Of a stretch of 64,000 nt of DNA, positions 10,375-20,292 are shown piece after piece (positions within the stretch are counted from its first letter, which is position 1; each line of letters starts with the position of its first letter). A model generated the notes under the pieces. The model did no database searches. It saw nothing but the letters and a program-made list of their open reading frames with translations, and was not told the origin of the DNA. Location of the stretch: NCBI GenBank assembly GCA_964595485.1, contig CAZQQN010000006.1, positions 7,633-71,632 on the forward strand. Reading direction: 5' to 3'. Both the position numbers and the translations under genes were made by a program. The DNA is from an uncultured Sphingobacteriales bacterium (GTDB lineage Bacteria; Bacteroidota; Bacteroidia; CAILMK01; CAYYUA01).

Positions 10375-10539
10375 AATAGGAACTTTTTGGCTGTTAGCCG
10401 TATTAATTAAGCGATCAAAAATAATGAGTAGGTGCCAATTCTGACAATAAATTGAAAGGAATATGGTCAATTAAGGCAGAATATTCTTACCAGGATTAAC
10501 CACTTTTTATGTTACAACATTGATGCTTACCTTTGCCTT

Positions 10540-11301
10540 ATGCATTCTGAATCCCATCAAGTTAATAAGCCCTGGTTTCAACAGTGGTTTGATTCTCATT
10601 ATTATCACTTGCTTTACCAGGATCGTGATAATGCAGAAGCTCGTTATTTTATCGATAACCTTTTAAGCTATTTGCCCATATCGAAGGGGGCGAGGTTATT
10701 GGACATGGCCTGCGGTATTGGTAGGCATGCTGAGTACCTGGCTGAATCAGGATATCAGGTGATAGGGTTTGATATTGCCGAGGATCAGATCAAGCAGGCA
10801 AAAAAGAAAGAAAATGATAACCTTTGCTTTTACCGGCATGATATGCGAAAACCCTTTAATCTGGGAAGCTTTGATACGATATTGAACCTTTTCACAAGTT
10901 TTGGTTATTTTGAGGAAGATAGCGACAATCACCATGTTCTTGTGAATGTTAACAATGCGTTAAAGGTTGGCGGGTTTCTTGTGCTGGACTTTATGAACTT
11001 GCATTACGTGCTCAATAATTTAAAACCACAGGAAACCCGGGAGTTTGATGGGGTCACTTTCCATCTTAATCGCTACTTGGAAAATGGTTTTGTTAAAAAG
11101 GATATAGTGGTTAATGACAAAGATCGAATTCACCATTTCAAGGAAAAAGTGCGAGCTCTGGACATTGATAATTTTGAAGGCTACATGAAAGATGCTAAAT
11201 TTACTATTCATAAAGTATTTGGTAACTACGACCTTGAGGTTTTCAATTCCAAAAGTTCTGAGCGACTTATCATCCTAGCTGAAAAACAAGGCCATGTTTG
11301 A
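10540..11301 (+). CDS. Class I SAM-dependent methyltransferase
   Basis: 253 aa. Motif I LLDMACGIGRHAEYLAESGYQVIGFDIAEDQI, plus post-I/II motifs (VLDFMNL). Confidence 0.8.
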   Translation: MHSESHQVNKPWFQQWFDSHYYHLLYQDRDNAEARYFIDNLLSYLPISKGARLLDMACGIGRHAEYLAESGYQVIGFDIAEDQIKQAKKKENDNLCFYRHDMRKPFNLGSFDTILNLFTSFGYFEEDSDNHHVLVNVNNALKVGGFLVLDFMNLHYVLNNLKPQETREFDGVTFHLNRYLENGFVKKDIVVNDKDRIHHFKEKVRALDIDNFEGYMKDAKFTIHKVFGNYDLEVFNSKSSERLIILAEKQGHV

Positions 11302-11860
11302 GACACTTCTTCAATGGGACCATGCCGTCTTTGATTTCATCAATCAGCAATTCACGAATGGATTTTTTGATTGGATCATGCCCTTATTAAGGGACAAACA
11401 CATTTGGGTTCCGCTATACATTTTTCTATTAGCTTTCCTTTGGATTAACTATAAAATGGAAGGGATCATTGTTTCACTATTTGTTATTCTGGCTATTGTT
11501 ATAAGTGATCAAACCAGTAGTACTTTTATAAAACATTTGGTTGAGCGGGTTAGGCCGTGTAATGATACGGCTTTCCAAGAGCAGGTACGTTTAATAGTGG
11601 ATTGCGGTCCAGGTTATAGCTTTACATCTTCCCATGCAACCAATCATTTTACGCTTGCTGCGATTCTTGCTACCCTTTTCGGGAGACGGTTTATTTGGGT
11701 CTCTATCGTTGCTTATCTCTGGGCGTTCTTAGTTTCTTATGCCCAGGTGTATGTTGGCGTTCATTACCCATTTGATATTTTAGGAGGAGCTCTTTTGGGA
11801 ATCCTCATTGGAAAGGTAATAGCTTTTCTTGCTTTGGTATTCACCGGTTTTAGGCCATAA
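11294..11860 (+). CDS. PAP2 superfamily membrane phosphatase (phosphatidic acid / undecaprenyl-PP phosphatase-like)
   Basis: 188 aa. The three PAP2 motifs are visible: KxxxxxxRP (VERVRPC), SFTSSH, and GVHYPFDILGGALLG. Multiple TM segments. Confidence 0.8.
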   Translation: MFETLLQWDHAVFDFINQQFTNGFFDWIMPLLRDKHIWVPLYIFLLAFLWINYKMEGIIVSLFVILAIVISDQTSSTFIKHLVERVRPCNDTAFQEQVRLIVDCGPGYSFTSSHATNHFTLAAILATLFGRRFIWVSIVAYLWAFLVSYAQVYVGVHYPFDILGGALLGILIGKVIAFLALVFTGFRP

Positions 11861-11907
11861 AAGAAAAGGCTTTCAACAGATTTGAAAATGGAATAGCATC
11901 CTTACAA

Positions 11908-12630
11908 ATGGAGTTTTTTTTAAGCCTTTTATTGCTTTTTCTTCTGACATTGGCTGGAAGTTTATTATTCTTTATGGTGCAGAAGCCCCTGCACCGTTTT
12001 ATTAATTTTTTTCTAACCTTTAGCGGTGCTTTTTTATTGGGGATTACGCTACTCAAATTGTTTCCGCATCTATTTGAAATGGCCGATCAACCTGGTTTAT
12101 ACATTTTGATCGGTTTTCTGTTACAATTGTTATTAGAAACACTTTCTAAAGGTGTGGAACATGGGCACCTGCATATAGCCAATCCGGGTCTGTTGTTCCC
12201 CTGGAGCATTACTTTGGGGCTTGCTATCCACGCCTTTATGGAAGGTATGCCGCTTTCTCATTCTTTCAGGATGGAGGAGGGGATGAATAGCGCCCTGTAC
12301 TTTGGCATTGTTCTTCACAAAATTCCCGCTGCATTTGTCTTGTTTACGGTGATAATGAATTATGGGCTCCCAAGATTTAAGGCCTTTTTAGTCCTACTGA
12401 TATTTGCCCTTATGACACCACTCGGTGCTTTGATCAGCGAATTATACTTAGGAGGTTCTGAGTTTGCCCACTCTTCCGTAGTTGAAGTTATTCTCGGTAT
12501 AGTGGTTGGGGCATTCCTTCACATAGGTACCACCATTATCCAGGAAGCACAATATAAACATAGTTTCGAGCTTTATCAGGCATTGGCATTGGTATTGGGA
12601 ATTTTAGTAAGTAGCATAAGCTTACTTTAG
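11908..12630 (+). CDS. ZIP family zinc/iron permease
   Basis: 240 aa, 8 TM-like segments. Conserved ZIP motifs GLAIHAFMEGMPL and HKIPAAF. Confidence 0.75.
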   Translation: MEFFLSLLLLFLLTLAGSLLFFMVQKPLHRFINFFLTFSGAFLLGITLLKLFPHLFEMADQPGLYILIGFLLQLLLETLSKGVEHGHLHIANPGLLFPWSITLGLAIHAFMEGMPLSHSFRMEEGMNSALYFGIVLHKIPAAFVLFTVIMNYGLPRFKAFLVLLIFALMTPLGALISELYLGGSEFAHSSVVEVILGIVVGAFLHIGTTIIQEAQYKHSFELYQALALVLGILVSSISLL

Positions 12631-12754
12631 GTTGAGGAAATAAGCCACTGATAATTAAGAAAATATTGAATTGATCAACTGTTTCTTGACAACTAACCGA
12701 ACCATTAAGGAATTTTTTGTAAAATTGCTGTGTAATTGAAATAAATTGTATCCT

Positions 12755-12922
12755 ATGAAAATAGGTTTTAAAGTTTTTGGGACCCTTCTTATTGCAGCTA
12801 CTATGCTATTTGGTGCTTGCAGCCAGGATTCTTGCCCTGGGGCTAAGTCAGCCGGTAAAGGTAAGCCATCAGGAAAAGGTGGAGAGCCAGATCAGAAGTT
12901 ATTTAACGAGGATATGCGATAA
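12755..12922 (+). CDS. Unannotated small lipoprotein sORF (55 aa), not in the supplied ORF track
   Basis: ATG at 12755. Translation MKIGFKVFGTLLIAATMLFGACSQDSCPGAKSAGKGKPSGKGGEPDQKLFNEDMR. It has a classic signal peptide and a lipobox (LFGAC) followed by a G/K-rich tail, then a TAA stop at 12920-12922. It lies in a different frame from track ORF 12777..12968. Confidence 0.4.
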   Translation: MKIGFKVFGTLLIAATMLFGACSQDSCPGAKSAGKGKPSGKGGEPDQKLFNEDMR

Positions 12923-12954
12923 GCTTTTTTTACCTTTAGTATCAATCCCTTGTT

Positions 12955-15528
12955 ATGAAGATTTCTAACAATGCGGTTGCCTTTATTATGGCAATTTTAT
13001 GGCTCGGTACCTGGACTTACGTCTCCATTGAGCCCACTCCTTTTTCTTCTTCCTTCAAGAATGATTCAGGCATAATTAGTCAGCATCCCGGCTGGTATGA
13101 CCAATACATGGCTATGAAAGCAAATGATGAAGGTAAAATCCCAAACGGTTTATTAAGTAAGTGGAAAAAGCAAGATGTAATAAGTTCTAAAAAGCCTGAT
13201 TCCACAGGCTTAACCGCCTTAAAAGAATTGGGGCCTTTTTCTGTGGGTGGTCGCACAAGGGCTATCCAGGTAGATCGGACAAACCAGGAACATGTTTTAG
13301 CCGGAGCGGTATCAGGAGGATTATGGCAATCTTATGATGGTGGTGAAAATTGGGAAGCTCAGAATGATATGGCAGATAACCTGAGTATAACGTCCCTGGC
13401 ACAAAGCCCACTCAACCCTGACCTTATCTATTACGGTACAGGAGAAGCGATTAGTAATTCGGCTGATGTACCGGGCGAAGGCATTTACCGGTCGCTTGAT
13501 GGCGGAGAATCCTTTGCTCCTTTACCCAATACCCTGAATGATCAATTTACAGCCGTATGGGAGATTAAGGCTGCCAGGAATCAAGCAGGCGTTTTTTATG
13601 TAAGTACCCGGCAAGGGTCTCTGTTCCGGTTTACAGATAGTGGCGCTTCTTTTAATGAGGTTTTTCAGGCGAGTGGTAATAATAGTTCAATTACGGATAT
13701 AGAGATCCTGCCTAATTCTACCGTATTCATTACGGTCTGGGGTGAAGGTATTTTTAAATCATCCGATGGCAAGGGAAATTTTACGAAAGTCAACCAAAGT
13801 TTTCCTTCCGGTAACTTCTCCCGGGTTGAAATGGCATATTGCCGGGAAAAGCCTAATGTCTTATACGCGGTTTTCTCCAGTGATCCAAGACGCACGGGTG
13901 CAAGAAATGGCTTAACTGGCGTTTGGAAGAGCGAAGATGGAGGGCAAAACTGGCAGGAGATAAGTAATCCAAGCAACCGCAACGATGTTAGCTACCGCCT
14001 ATCCAATTATGCATTGATGATAGGGGTGAAACCGAATGACCCAAATTCCTTGGTTATTGGTTCTGTTAATGCTGCTTTTTCCAGAACTGGAGGTAACGCT
14101 TGGTTTAGATTACGGGAATCCCATGTGGACTATCACAAAATAACGCATGGCCCTAATAGCAACAATGATTTCCTGGTTGGGAATGATGGGGGTGTTTATC
14201 GTTACAGCTGGACCAATTTAAATCCTGAAAACCTGAATCAGGGTTACCAGGTAACACAGTTTTACGGCGGTCATTATTACCCGGACAGTAATGAGGTAAT
14301 TGGCGGAACCCAGGATAACGGTACGCAAGGTTTTAATAGAGGATCGAGTAAAGAAGAGTTCATTCGGTATTTTGGTGGTGATGGATCCTTTTGCGCTGTT
14401 AGCCAGGAAAATCCTGACACTGGTTTTGTCTCGACACAAAGGGGCAGGATTCACAGAAGTACCGATATGACCTCAACTAAGCCTTCTTTTACAAGTGTTT
14501 ATGGTGATATGGATAAAAATAATGACGATGAAATAGACGATGACGTTTGGTTCATTAACCCATTTGAGATCAATGCTGCTGCTGAAAACCAAATATTTTT
14601 CACAACAAAAGATAAAGTTTGGCTAACCACTGATTGGGCAAACAACTGGAAGCCTTTAACTGAAAACCTTTTATGGGGTACTCCTTACAATACAGCTATT
14701 TCGGATCATGAAAATCCGATCGTTTTCATACACGGTGACAGGGGGTTGTTTTACAGAATGAATGATCCGCTAAATAGCGATGTTGGTGATGAAATCAATT
14801 TAAGGAATTCCTTACCGCAATCTGTTAGGCGTCATTTTTTGAGATCATTGAAAATTCATCCCGAAGATTCTTCTATTCTGTACGGAGGTTTCAGCAACCT
14901 TGAAGATGAACCTCGAATTTGGCGAATTACAGAAGCTATGTCCAATGAGCCACAATGGGAATCCATTCATGGGGACCTGCCAACCACCTTACCTGTCAAC
15001 TCTGTGGCTGTTCATCCTGCTATGCCGGATTCCTTTTTGATTGCCGGCACCGATTTTGGTCTGTACATTACCCGGGATCAGGGCCAACATTGGGTAAAAG
15101 AAGAGGAAATTCCCAATGTTTCTGTTCACCAGATTCGGGTTCGCCCCTCTGACAACCGCCTTTTTGTTTATACCCATGGCCGTGGTATATGGAAAGCTAA
15201 CCTGCCATCCCCTGTTTTAGACACTACTGAAAAAGAAAATGAAGAACAAAATCCTAAAGATAGTACGTCAGAAAACAATATAGAGGCATTTAAGGTTGGA
15301 CCGAACCCCACTGCCGGAGATATAAGGGTGAAGATCCCATTCGAAGATGATGACAATGAAAAGGCTCAGGCTTCCTTATATTCCATGGGGGGTAAAATCC
15401 TGCTGGAGAAAACTATAACCAATTCGCCGGATCCACAATTAAACCTCGCCACCTTAAGCAGTGGTTTTTACATACTTAAGGTCAGTACCCCCCAAAACGA
15501 TCATTTTGCCAAAATTTGGTTAAAGTGA
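12955..15528 (+). CDS. Secreted BNR/Asp-box repeat beta-propeller protein (sortilin/GH74-like) with a T9SS C-terminal sorting domain
   Basis: 857 aa. Signal peptide. Repeated SxDxGxxW Asp-box motifs (SYDGGENW, SLDGGESF, SSDGKGNF, SEDGGQNW). The C-terminal ~80 aa (GPNPTAGDIRVKIP...GFYILKVSTPQNDHFAKIWLK) matches the type IX secretion CTD. Confidence 0.75.
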   Translation: MKISNNAVAFIMAILWLGTWTYVSIEPTPFSSSFKNDSGIISQHPGWYDQYMAMKANDEGKIPNGLLSKWKKQDVISSKKPDSTGLTALKELGPFSVGGRTRAIQVDRTNQEHVLAGAVSGGLWQSYDGGENWEAQNDMADNLSITSLAQSPLNPDLIYYGTGEAISNSADVPGEGIYRSLDGGESFAPLPNTLNDQFTAVWEIKAARNQAGVFYVSTRQGSLFRFTDSGASFNEVFQASGNNSSITDIEILPNSTVFITVWGEGIFKSSDGKGNFTKVNQSFPSGNFSRVEMAYCREKPNVLYAVFSSDPRRTGARNGLTGVWKSEDGGQNWQEISNPSNRNDVSYRLSNYALMIGVKPNDPNSLVIGSVNAAFSRTGGNAWFRLRESHVDYHKITHGPNSNNDFLVGNDGGVYRYSWTNLNPENLNQGYQVTQFYGGHYYPDSNEVIGGTQDNGTQGFNRGSSKEEFIRYFGGDGSFCAVSQENPDTGFVSTQRGRIHRSTDMTSTKPSFTSVYGDMDKNNDDEIDDDVWFINPFEINAAAENQIFFTTKDKVWLTTDWANNWKPLTENLLWGTPYNTAISDHENPIVFIHGDRGLFYRMNDPLNSDVGDEINLRNSLPQSVRRHFLRSLKIHPEDSSILYGGFSNLEDEPRIWRITEAMSNEPQWESIHGDLPTTLPVNSVAVHPAMPDSFLIAGTDFGLYITRDQGQHWVKEEEIPNVSVHQIRVRPSDNRLFVYTHGRGIWKANLPSPVLDTTEKENEEQNPKDSTSENNIEAFKVGPNPTAGDIRVKIPFEDDDNEKAQASLYSMGGKILLEKTITNSPDPQLNLATLSSGFYILKVSTPQNDHFAKIWLK

Positions 15529-15780
15529 CCTGTTAAGTTTGTTAAAGCTTTTCGTTTTAAAAAGCGTAGTGGTTTACAGGAAGGCGAATTCCATTATTTC
15601 ATTTTTAAGGATAAAAACCGTTTAAATAGCCTCTCAAAGCATAAAAAATACTTAGGTTAAAGCCTATTTTGATAATTGATCAAATGAGGCTTGAAATTTG
15701 TAATGATAAGGTGGCAGGGGTTGCTTGAACCGCTGACCAAAAACCAACTACCAAATGGCTTTCTTTCCTTTAGGGCTTGT

Positions 15781-15788
15781 TATCTTTG
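15781..15788 (+). promoter_or_regulatory. Candidate Bacteroidota -7 promoter element (TAnnTTTG) upstream of secA
   Basis: TATCTTTG matches the Bacteroidetes sigma-A -7 consensus about 40 nt upstream of the secA start. No clean -33 TTG was seen at canonical spacing. Confidence 0.3.
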
Positions 15789-15827
15789 AGCCAATAAATA
15801 AAAAGTTTTAAAACTTAATCATATCAT

Positions 15828-18800
15828 ATGAGCAATTTCGTGACGAACATTATTGCTAAAATTTTCGGTAGTAAATCTGACCGGGATATAAAATCCATAA
15901 GACCTAAGGTAGCTCAAATCAATGAGGTATTTGAATCCTTGCAGGATCTTAGCAATGACGAGTTGAGGGCAAAAACAGATGAGTTTAAAAGTCGAATTAA
16001 CGAGTATTTAAGTAACATTGATGAAGAGATGAGGCAATACCGGGATCAAATGGAAAAGGACCCGGATATGCACCCTGAGGAAAAGGAAAAGATTTACGAT
16101 GAACTGGATAAACTTGAAAAAGACAGAGATAAATACCTCGAAGAAGTACTTGAGGAGCTGTTACCCGAAGCATTTGCAGTGGTAAAAGAGACAGCAAGGC
16201 GTTTTAAAGACAATAAACAAGTAGATGCAACGGCTAATGATTTAGACCGCAAACTTGCTACTGAATACGATCATATTAAAATCGATGGGGAAAAGGTTTA
16301 CTACGATACGGTCTGGGATGCAGCCGGTATTACCATAGATTGGGACATGGTTCATTTTGATGTCCAGTTAATAGGTGGGGTTGTTTTACATGAGGGTAAA
16401 ATTAGTGAAATGGCTACTGGTGAGGGTAAAACGCTGGTTTCAACACTGCCGGCTTACCTGAATGCCCTGAGTGGTCATTCTGTTCACATTGTTACTGTCA
16501 ATGATTTTCTGGCGCGCAGGGATAGCAAATGGAATGGTCCCCTTTACAACTTTCTTGGTATCACGGTCGATTGTATTGAGCATTTTTCAGCTCACTCACC
16601 GGGTAGGAAGCAAGCCTATCAGGCTGATATTGTGTATGGCACCAATAACGAGTTTGGCTTTGATTACCTCAGGGATAATATGGCGCGGTCAACCGATGAA
16701 ATTGTTCAGCGAAAACATCACTTTGCTATGATTGATGAGGTTGATTCTGTCCTTATCGATGATGCGCGTACGCCGCTCGTTATTTCTGGCCCGACAGACA
16801 CTTCAGATAAAGATCAGGAAAAATTCTATGAATTAAAGCCCCGAGTAGAGAAGCTTATCAGCAAGCAGAAGGATTATGTAAATAAAGCCTTGGCCAATGC
16901 AAAAAAAGGCATCAATGAGCATAAAATTGAAAACCTGAAGGAGTCTGATGAAACCTCTATGGAGCTTCTCAGGGCTTATAGGGGTTTGCCAAGGAATAAG
17001 GCCCTGATTAAGTACTTGAGTGAGCCCGGTGTTAAAGCTTTTATGCAGAGTGTGGAAAATCACTTTATGCAGGACCAGGCCAAAGAAATGCATAAGGTAG
17101 ATGAAAACCTGTACTTTACCATTGATGAAAAAAATAACAATGTCGAGCTGACAGATAAAGGCATTGAATTGATCTCTGAGGAGGTCGAGGAAAGTGATTT
17201 CTTTGTGATGCCAAATGTAGGGGAGCAAATTGCTGAAATTGAAAGAAGTGACCTGAGCGATGAAGAAAAAACGCGGCAGAAGGACGAATTGATGAAAGAC
17301 TTTGCGGTGAAATCTGAGCGGATTCACACCATTAATCAGCTTTTAAAAGCTTATACCCTTTTTGAGGTTGATGTGGATTACATTCTTTCTGAGGGCAAAG
17401 TTAAGATAGTGGATGAGCAGACCGGCCGTGTACTCGAGGGCAGACGCTACTCAGATGGCTTACACCAAGCCATTGAGGCTAAGGAAAATGTAAAAGTAGA
17501 AGCCTCTACCCAAACCTATGCAAGCGTCACGCTTCAGAATTACTTCAGGATGTACCACAAATTAGCTGGTATGACCGGAACGGCTGAAACAGAAGCTGGC
17601 GAGTTCATGGAGATCTATGGATTGGACGTAGTCGTTATACCTACCCACATGCCTGTTGTTCGGGATGATAAAGATGATATGGTCTATAAAACCAAGCGCG
17701 AAAAGTACAATGCCGTGGTGGATGAAGTAAAGCGTTTGATTAACCTGGGTAGACCTGTATTAGTTGGAACAACCTCGGTAGAAGTTTCAGAGTTGCTTAG
17801 CCGCATGCTTAAACGGGAAGGAGTTAAACACAATGTTTTGAATGCCAAACACCATCAGCGTGAAGCGGAAATAGTTTCAGAGGCAGGACAGTCAGGTGCT
17901 GTGACCATTGCAACCAATATGGCAGGGCGCGGGACGGATATCAAACTGGGTGAAGGGGTTGTGGAAGCAGGGGGTTTAGCCATTGTTGGTACTGAACGCC
18001 ACGAAGCCAGACGAGTTGATCGGCAATTGAGAGGTCGTGCCGGTCGTCAGGGTGATCCAGGCTCCTCACAGTTTTTTGTATCGCTTGAGGATAACCTTAT
18101 GCGTCTATTTGGCTCAGAGAAAATTGCCAAATACATGGACCGAATGGGCCTTGAAGAAGGTGAAGTAATACAGCACTCCTGGGTTTCAAGCTCTATTGAA
18201 AAGGCTCAGAAAAAAGTAGAACAGAACAATTTTGGTATACGGAAAAGACTACTTGAGTATGATGACGTGATCAATAATCAGCGGGAGGTTATCTACAAAA
18301 AACGTAAAAATGCCCTTTATGGCTCCAGGCTTGCAGTTGATCTCAACCATATGACAGAAGACTTGTGCGAGGAAATCATCGAGAATTACCAGCCATTTTC
18401 AGACTACGAGGGGCTGAAGATTGAGGTGCTAAGGGTTTTTGCCATGGAGCTACCTTTCACAGAACATGATATGCTAAACAGTAAGCAGGAAGACTTAAGT
18501 CAGCAACTTTACAGGCATGTCAGTGATACTTACCGTGAAAAAACAGAAAGGATACGCCAGAAAGCATTTCCTGTTATCAAAGATGTGTACGAGCAAAAGG
18601 GTAACCAGGTAACTAATATCCTGGTACCTTTTTCGGACGGAGAAAACCAAATAAAGGTTACAACTAACCTTGAACGGGCTTATAAGACAGAGGGAAGGGA
18701 GATAATCCTTGATTTTGAAAAGATGACAACGCTTTCCACAATTGATGATTCATGGAAAGAGCATCTCCGCGAAATTGATGAGTTAAAGCAATCGGTTCAG

Positions 18801-19172
18801 AATGCGGTTTATGAGCAAAAGGATCCTTTACTAGTTTATAAGTTTGAGTCCTTTAAGTTATTTCAGCAGAGTTTGGCTAAGGTGAACCGGGATGTGCTTT
18901 CATTATTGGCAAAAGCTGACATCGTTACGGATGATTCAGAAGATGTTCAGGAAGCTAAGGAAAGTTCGAAGCAAAGGAAGGGTATGGATAATTTACAAAC
19001 ATCCCGAACCAATGATTACCCGGATGCCGGAAACCAGCCACAAACGGCTACGAATGTGGAACAGGAGGCTAAGCAGGAACCGGTTAAAGTTGGGGAAAAA
19101 GTTGGTAGAAATGAGCCCTGCCCCTGTGGCAGTGGCAAAAAGTATAAACATTGTCACGGTAAAACCGAATAA
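15828..19172 (+). CDS. secA: Preprotein translocase ATPase SecA
   Basis: 1114 aa. DEAD-like motor motifs (MATGEGKT, DEVDSVLIDDARTPLVISG, TNMAGRGTDI). C-terminal zinc-binding tail CPCGSGKKYKHCHG. Confidence 0.97.
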   Translation: MSNFVTNIIAKIFGSKSDRDIKSIRPKVAQINEVFESLQDLSNDELRAKTDEFKSRINEYLSNIDEEMRQYRDQMEKDPDMHPEEKEKIYDELDKLEKDRDKYLEEVLEELLPEAFAVVKETARRFKDNKQVDATANDLDRKLATEYDHIKIDGEKVYYDTVWDAAGITIDWDMVHFDVQLIGGVVLHEGKISEMATGEGKTLVSTLPAYLNALSGHSVHIVTVNDFLARRDSKWNGPLYNFLGITVDCIEHFSAHSPGRKQAYQADIVYGTNNEFGFDYLRDNMARSTDEIVQRKHHFAMIDEVDSVLIDDARTPLVISGPTDTSDKDQEKFYELKPRVEKLISKQKDYVNKALANAKKGINEHKIENLKESDETSMELLRAYRGLPRNKALIKYLSEPGVKAFMQSVENHFMQDQAKEMHKVDENLYFTIDEKNNNVELTDKGIELISEEVEESDFFVMPNVGEQIAEIERSDLSDEEKTRQKDELMKDFAVKSERIHTINQLLKAYTLFEVDVDYILSEGKVKIVDEQTGRVLEGRRYSDGLHQAIEAKENVKVEASTQTYASVTLQNYFRMYHKLAGMTGTAETEAGEFMEIYGLDVVVIPTHMPVVRDDKDDMVYKTKREKYNAVVDEVKRLINLGRPVLVGTTSVEVSELLSRMLKREGVKHNVLNAKHHQREAEIVSEAGQSGAVTIATNMAGRGTDIKLGEGVVEAGGLAIVGTERHEARRVDRQLRGRAGRQGDPGSSQFFVSLEDNLMRLFGSEKIAKYMDRMGLEEGEVIQHSWVSSSIEKAQKKVEQNNFGIRKRLLEYDDVINNQREVIYKKRKNALYGSRLAVDLNHMTEDLCEEIIENYQPFSDYEGLKIEVLRVFAMELPFTEHDMLNSKQEDLSQQLYRHVSDTYREKTERIRQKAFPVIKDVYEQKGNQVTNILVPFSDGENQIKVTTNLERAYKTEGREIILDFEKMTTLSTIDDSWKEHLREIDELKQSVQNAVYEQKDPLLVYKFESFKLFQQSLAKVNRDVLSLLAKADIVTDDSEDVQEAKESSKQRKGMDNLQTSRTNDYPDAGNQPQTATNVEQEAKQEPVKVGEKVGRNEPCPCGSGKKYKHCHGKTE

Positions 19173-19174
19173 TC

Positions 19175-19834
19175 TTGCACCCTATTAACCATTATATTGA
19201 CCATACGCAATTAAGCCCGGATACACAAGCACAAACCATCGATAGGGTTTGTCAGGAAGCCCTGGATAATGATTTTGCAGGTATTTGTATACCGCCTTTT
19301 TATGCCAGGCAAGCTAAAGAATATTTAGGTTCCGCTAATGTAAACCTGGTGACGGTTATTGGCTTTCCTTTAGGCTATCATACGGCCAATGCTAAAATTA
19401 ACGAAGCTAAGCAAGCGCTTGATGACGGTGCGGATGAATTGGATATGGTAATGAACATTACTGCTTTTAAATCAGGTTTGGAGGCTACCGCAAAGGATGA
19501 TATAGAACGTGTGGTTAAATTAGCCCGAACGGATCATAAAACAGTGAAGGTTATCATAGAAACAGGTTTGTTGGAAGAGGAGGAGATTAGCAAGGCTTGC
19601 CGGTTATGCGCGGAAGCCGGGACTGATTATGTCAAAACCTGTACAGGTTTTTCAGGTGGTAAGGCAAATGTTGATGATATCAAGCTTATGAGGGATAGCC
19701 TGCCGGTTAATGTAAAAATTAAAGCTTCCGGAGGTATTAAAGATGCCAATAAAGCTAAATCCCTTATTGAAGCCGGTGCTGATCGTTTAGGAACATCCTC
19801 TGGGGTAAACATTATTGCTGATGCATTGGGTTAA
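19175..19834 (+). CDS. deoC: Deoxyribose-phosphate aldolase
   Basis: 219 aa. DeoC signature IDHTQL near the N-terminus. Catalytic lysines in the VKVIIETG and VKTCTGF context. Only 2 nt after secA. Confidence 0.9.
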   Translation: MHPINHYIDHTQLSPDTQAQTIDRVCQEALDNDFAGICIPPFYARQAKEYLGSANVNLVTVIGFPLGYHTANAKINEAKQALDDGADELDMVMNITAFKSGLEATAKDDIERVVKLARTDHKTVKVIIETGLLEEEEISKACRLCAEAGTDYVKTCTGFSGGKANVDDIKLMRDSLPVNVKIKASGGIKDANKAKSLIEAGADRLGTSSGVNIIADALG

Positions 19835-20267
19835 GTTTTTATTCATTATAACGGGATTTTGTTTTTTGGGACTAAACGGTCAGGCCCAGAAGACTATCTG
19901 TGGGAATCTATCTGATACGCTGCAAAAAGGGCAATTAACCATCAATGCCCCGGATAAACTTCAGCAGGTATTATCAGAAACCCGTAAGGAAAATAAAGAG
20001 GGCAAATCTTTTAAGGGCTATCGCATACAAATTTATTCGGGGAATGATCGCGAAAAAGCACAGGAAAGAAAGGCTAAGTTTTACAAAGAATTTCCTGAAA
20101 AAAATGCTTATTTAAATTATGAGCAGCCTAAATTTAAAGTCAGGGTTGGTGATTTCAGGAATAAGATTGAGGCCCAAAAGTTATATTATACCTTGAAAGA
20201 AAAATTTTCTACCGTTTTGATTGTCCCATCCAAAATTGAATATCCCGAACTTAAAGGGGATAATTAA
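19815..20267 (+). CDS. SPOR domain-containing secreted protein
   Basis: 150 aa. Signal peptide. The C-terminal ~75 aa (GYRIQIYSGNDREKAQERKAKF...FKVRVGDFRNKIEAQKLYYTLKEKF) resembles the SPOR peptidoglycan-binding fold pattern. Confidence 0.55.
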   Translation: MLMHWVKFLFIITGFCFLGLNGQAQKTICGNLSDTLQKGQLTINAPDKLQQVLSETRKENKEGKSFKGYRIQIYSGNDREKAQERKAKFYKEFPEKNAYLNYEQPKFKVRVGDFRNKIEAQKLYYTLKEKFSTVLIVPSKIEYPELKGDN

Positions 20268-20292
20268 TTAGTGTAATAAAAAAGCTTGAAAT

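Noticed and set aside
12777-12968. 63-aa track ORF upstream of the BNR gene
   Set aside because: It has no signal or domain features. A different frame over the same DNA encodes a textbook signal-peptide/lipobox sORF (12755-12922), which I judge to be the real gene.
16833-17327. 164-aa antisense ORF inside secA
   Set aside because: It is a shadow ORF opposite a highly conserved gene. The F/L-rich translation is characteristic of antisense reading of an AT-rich coding strand.
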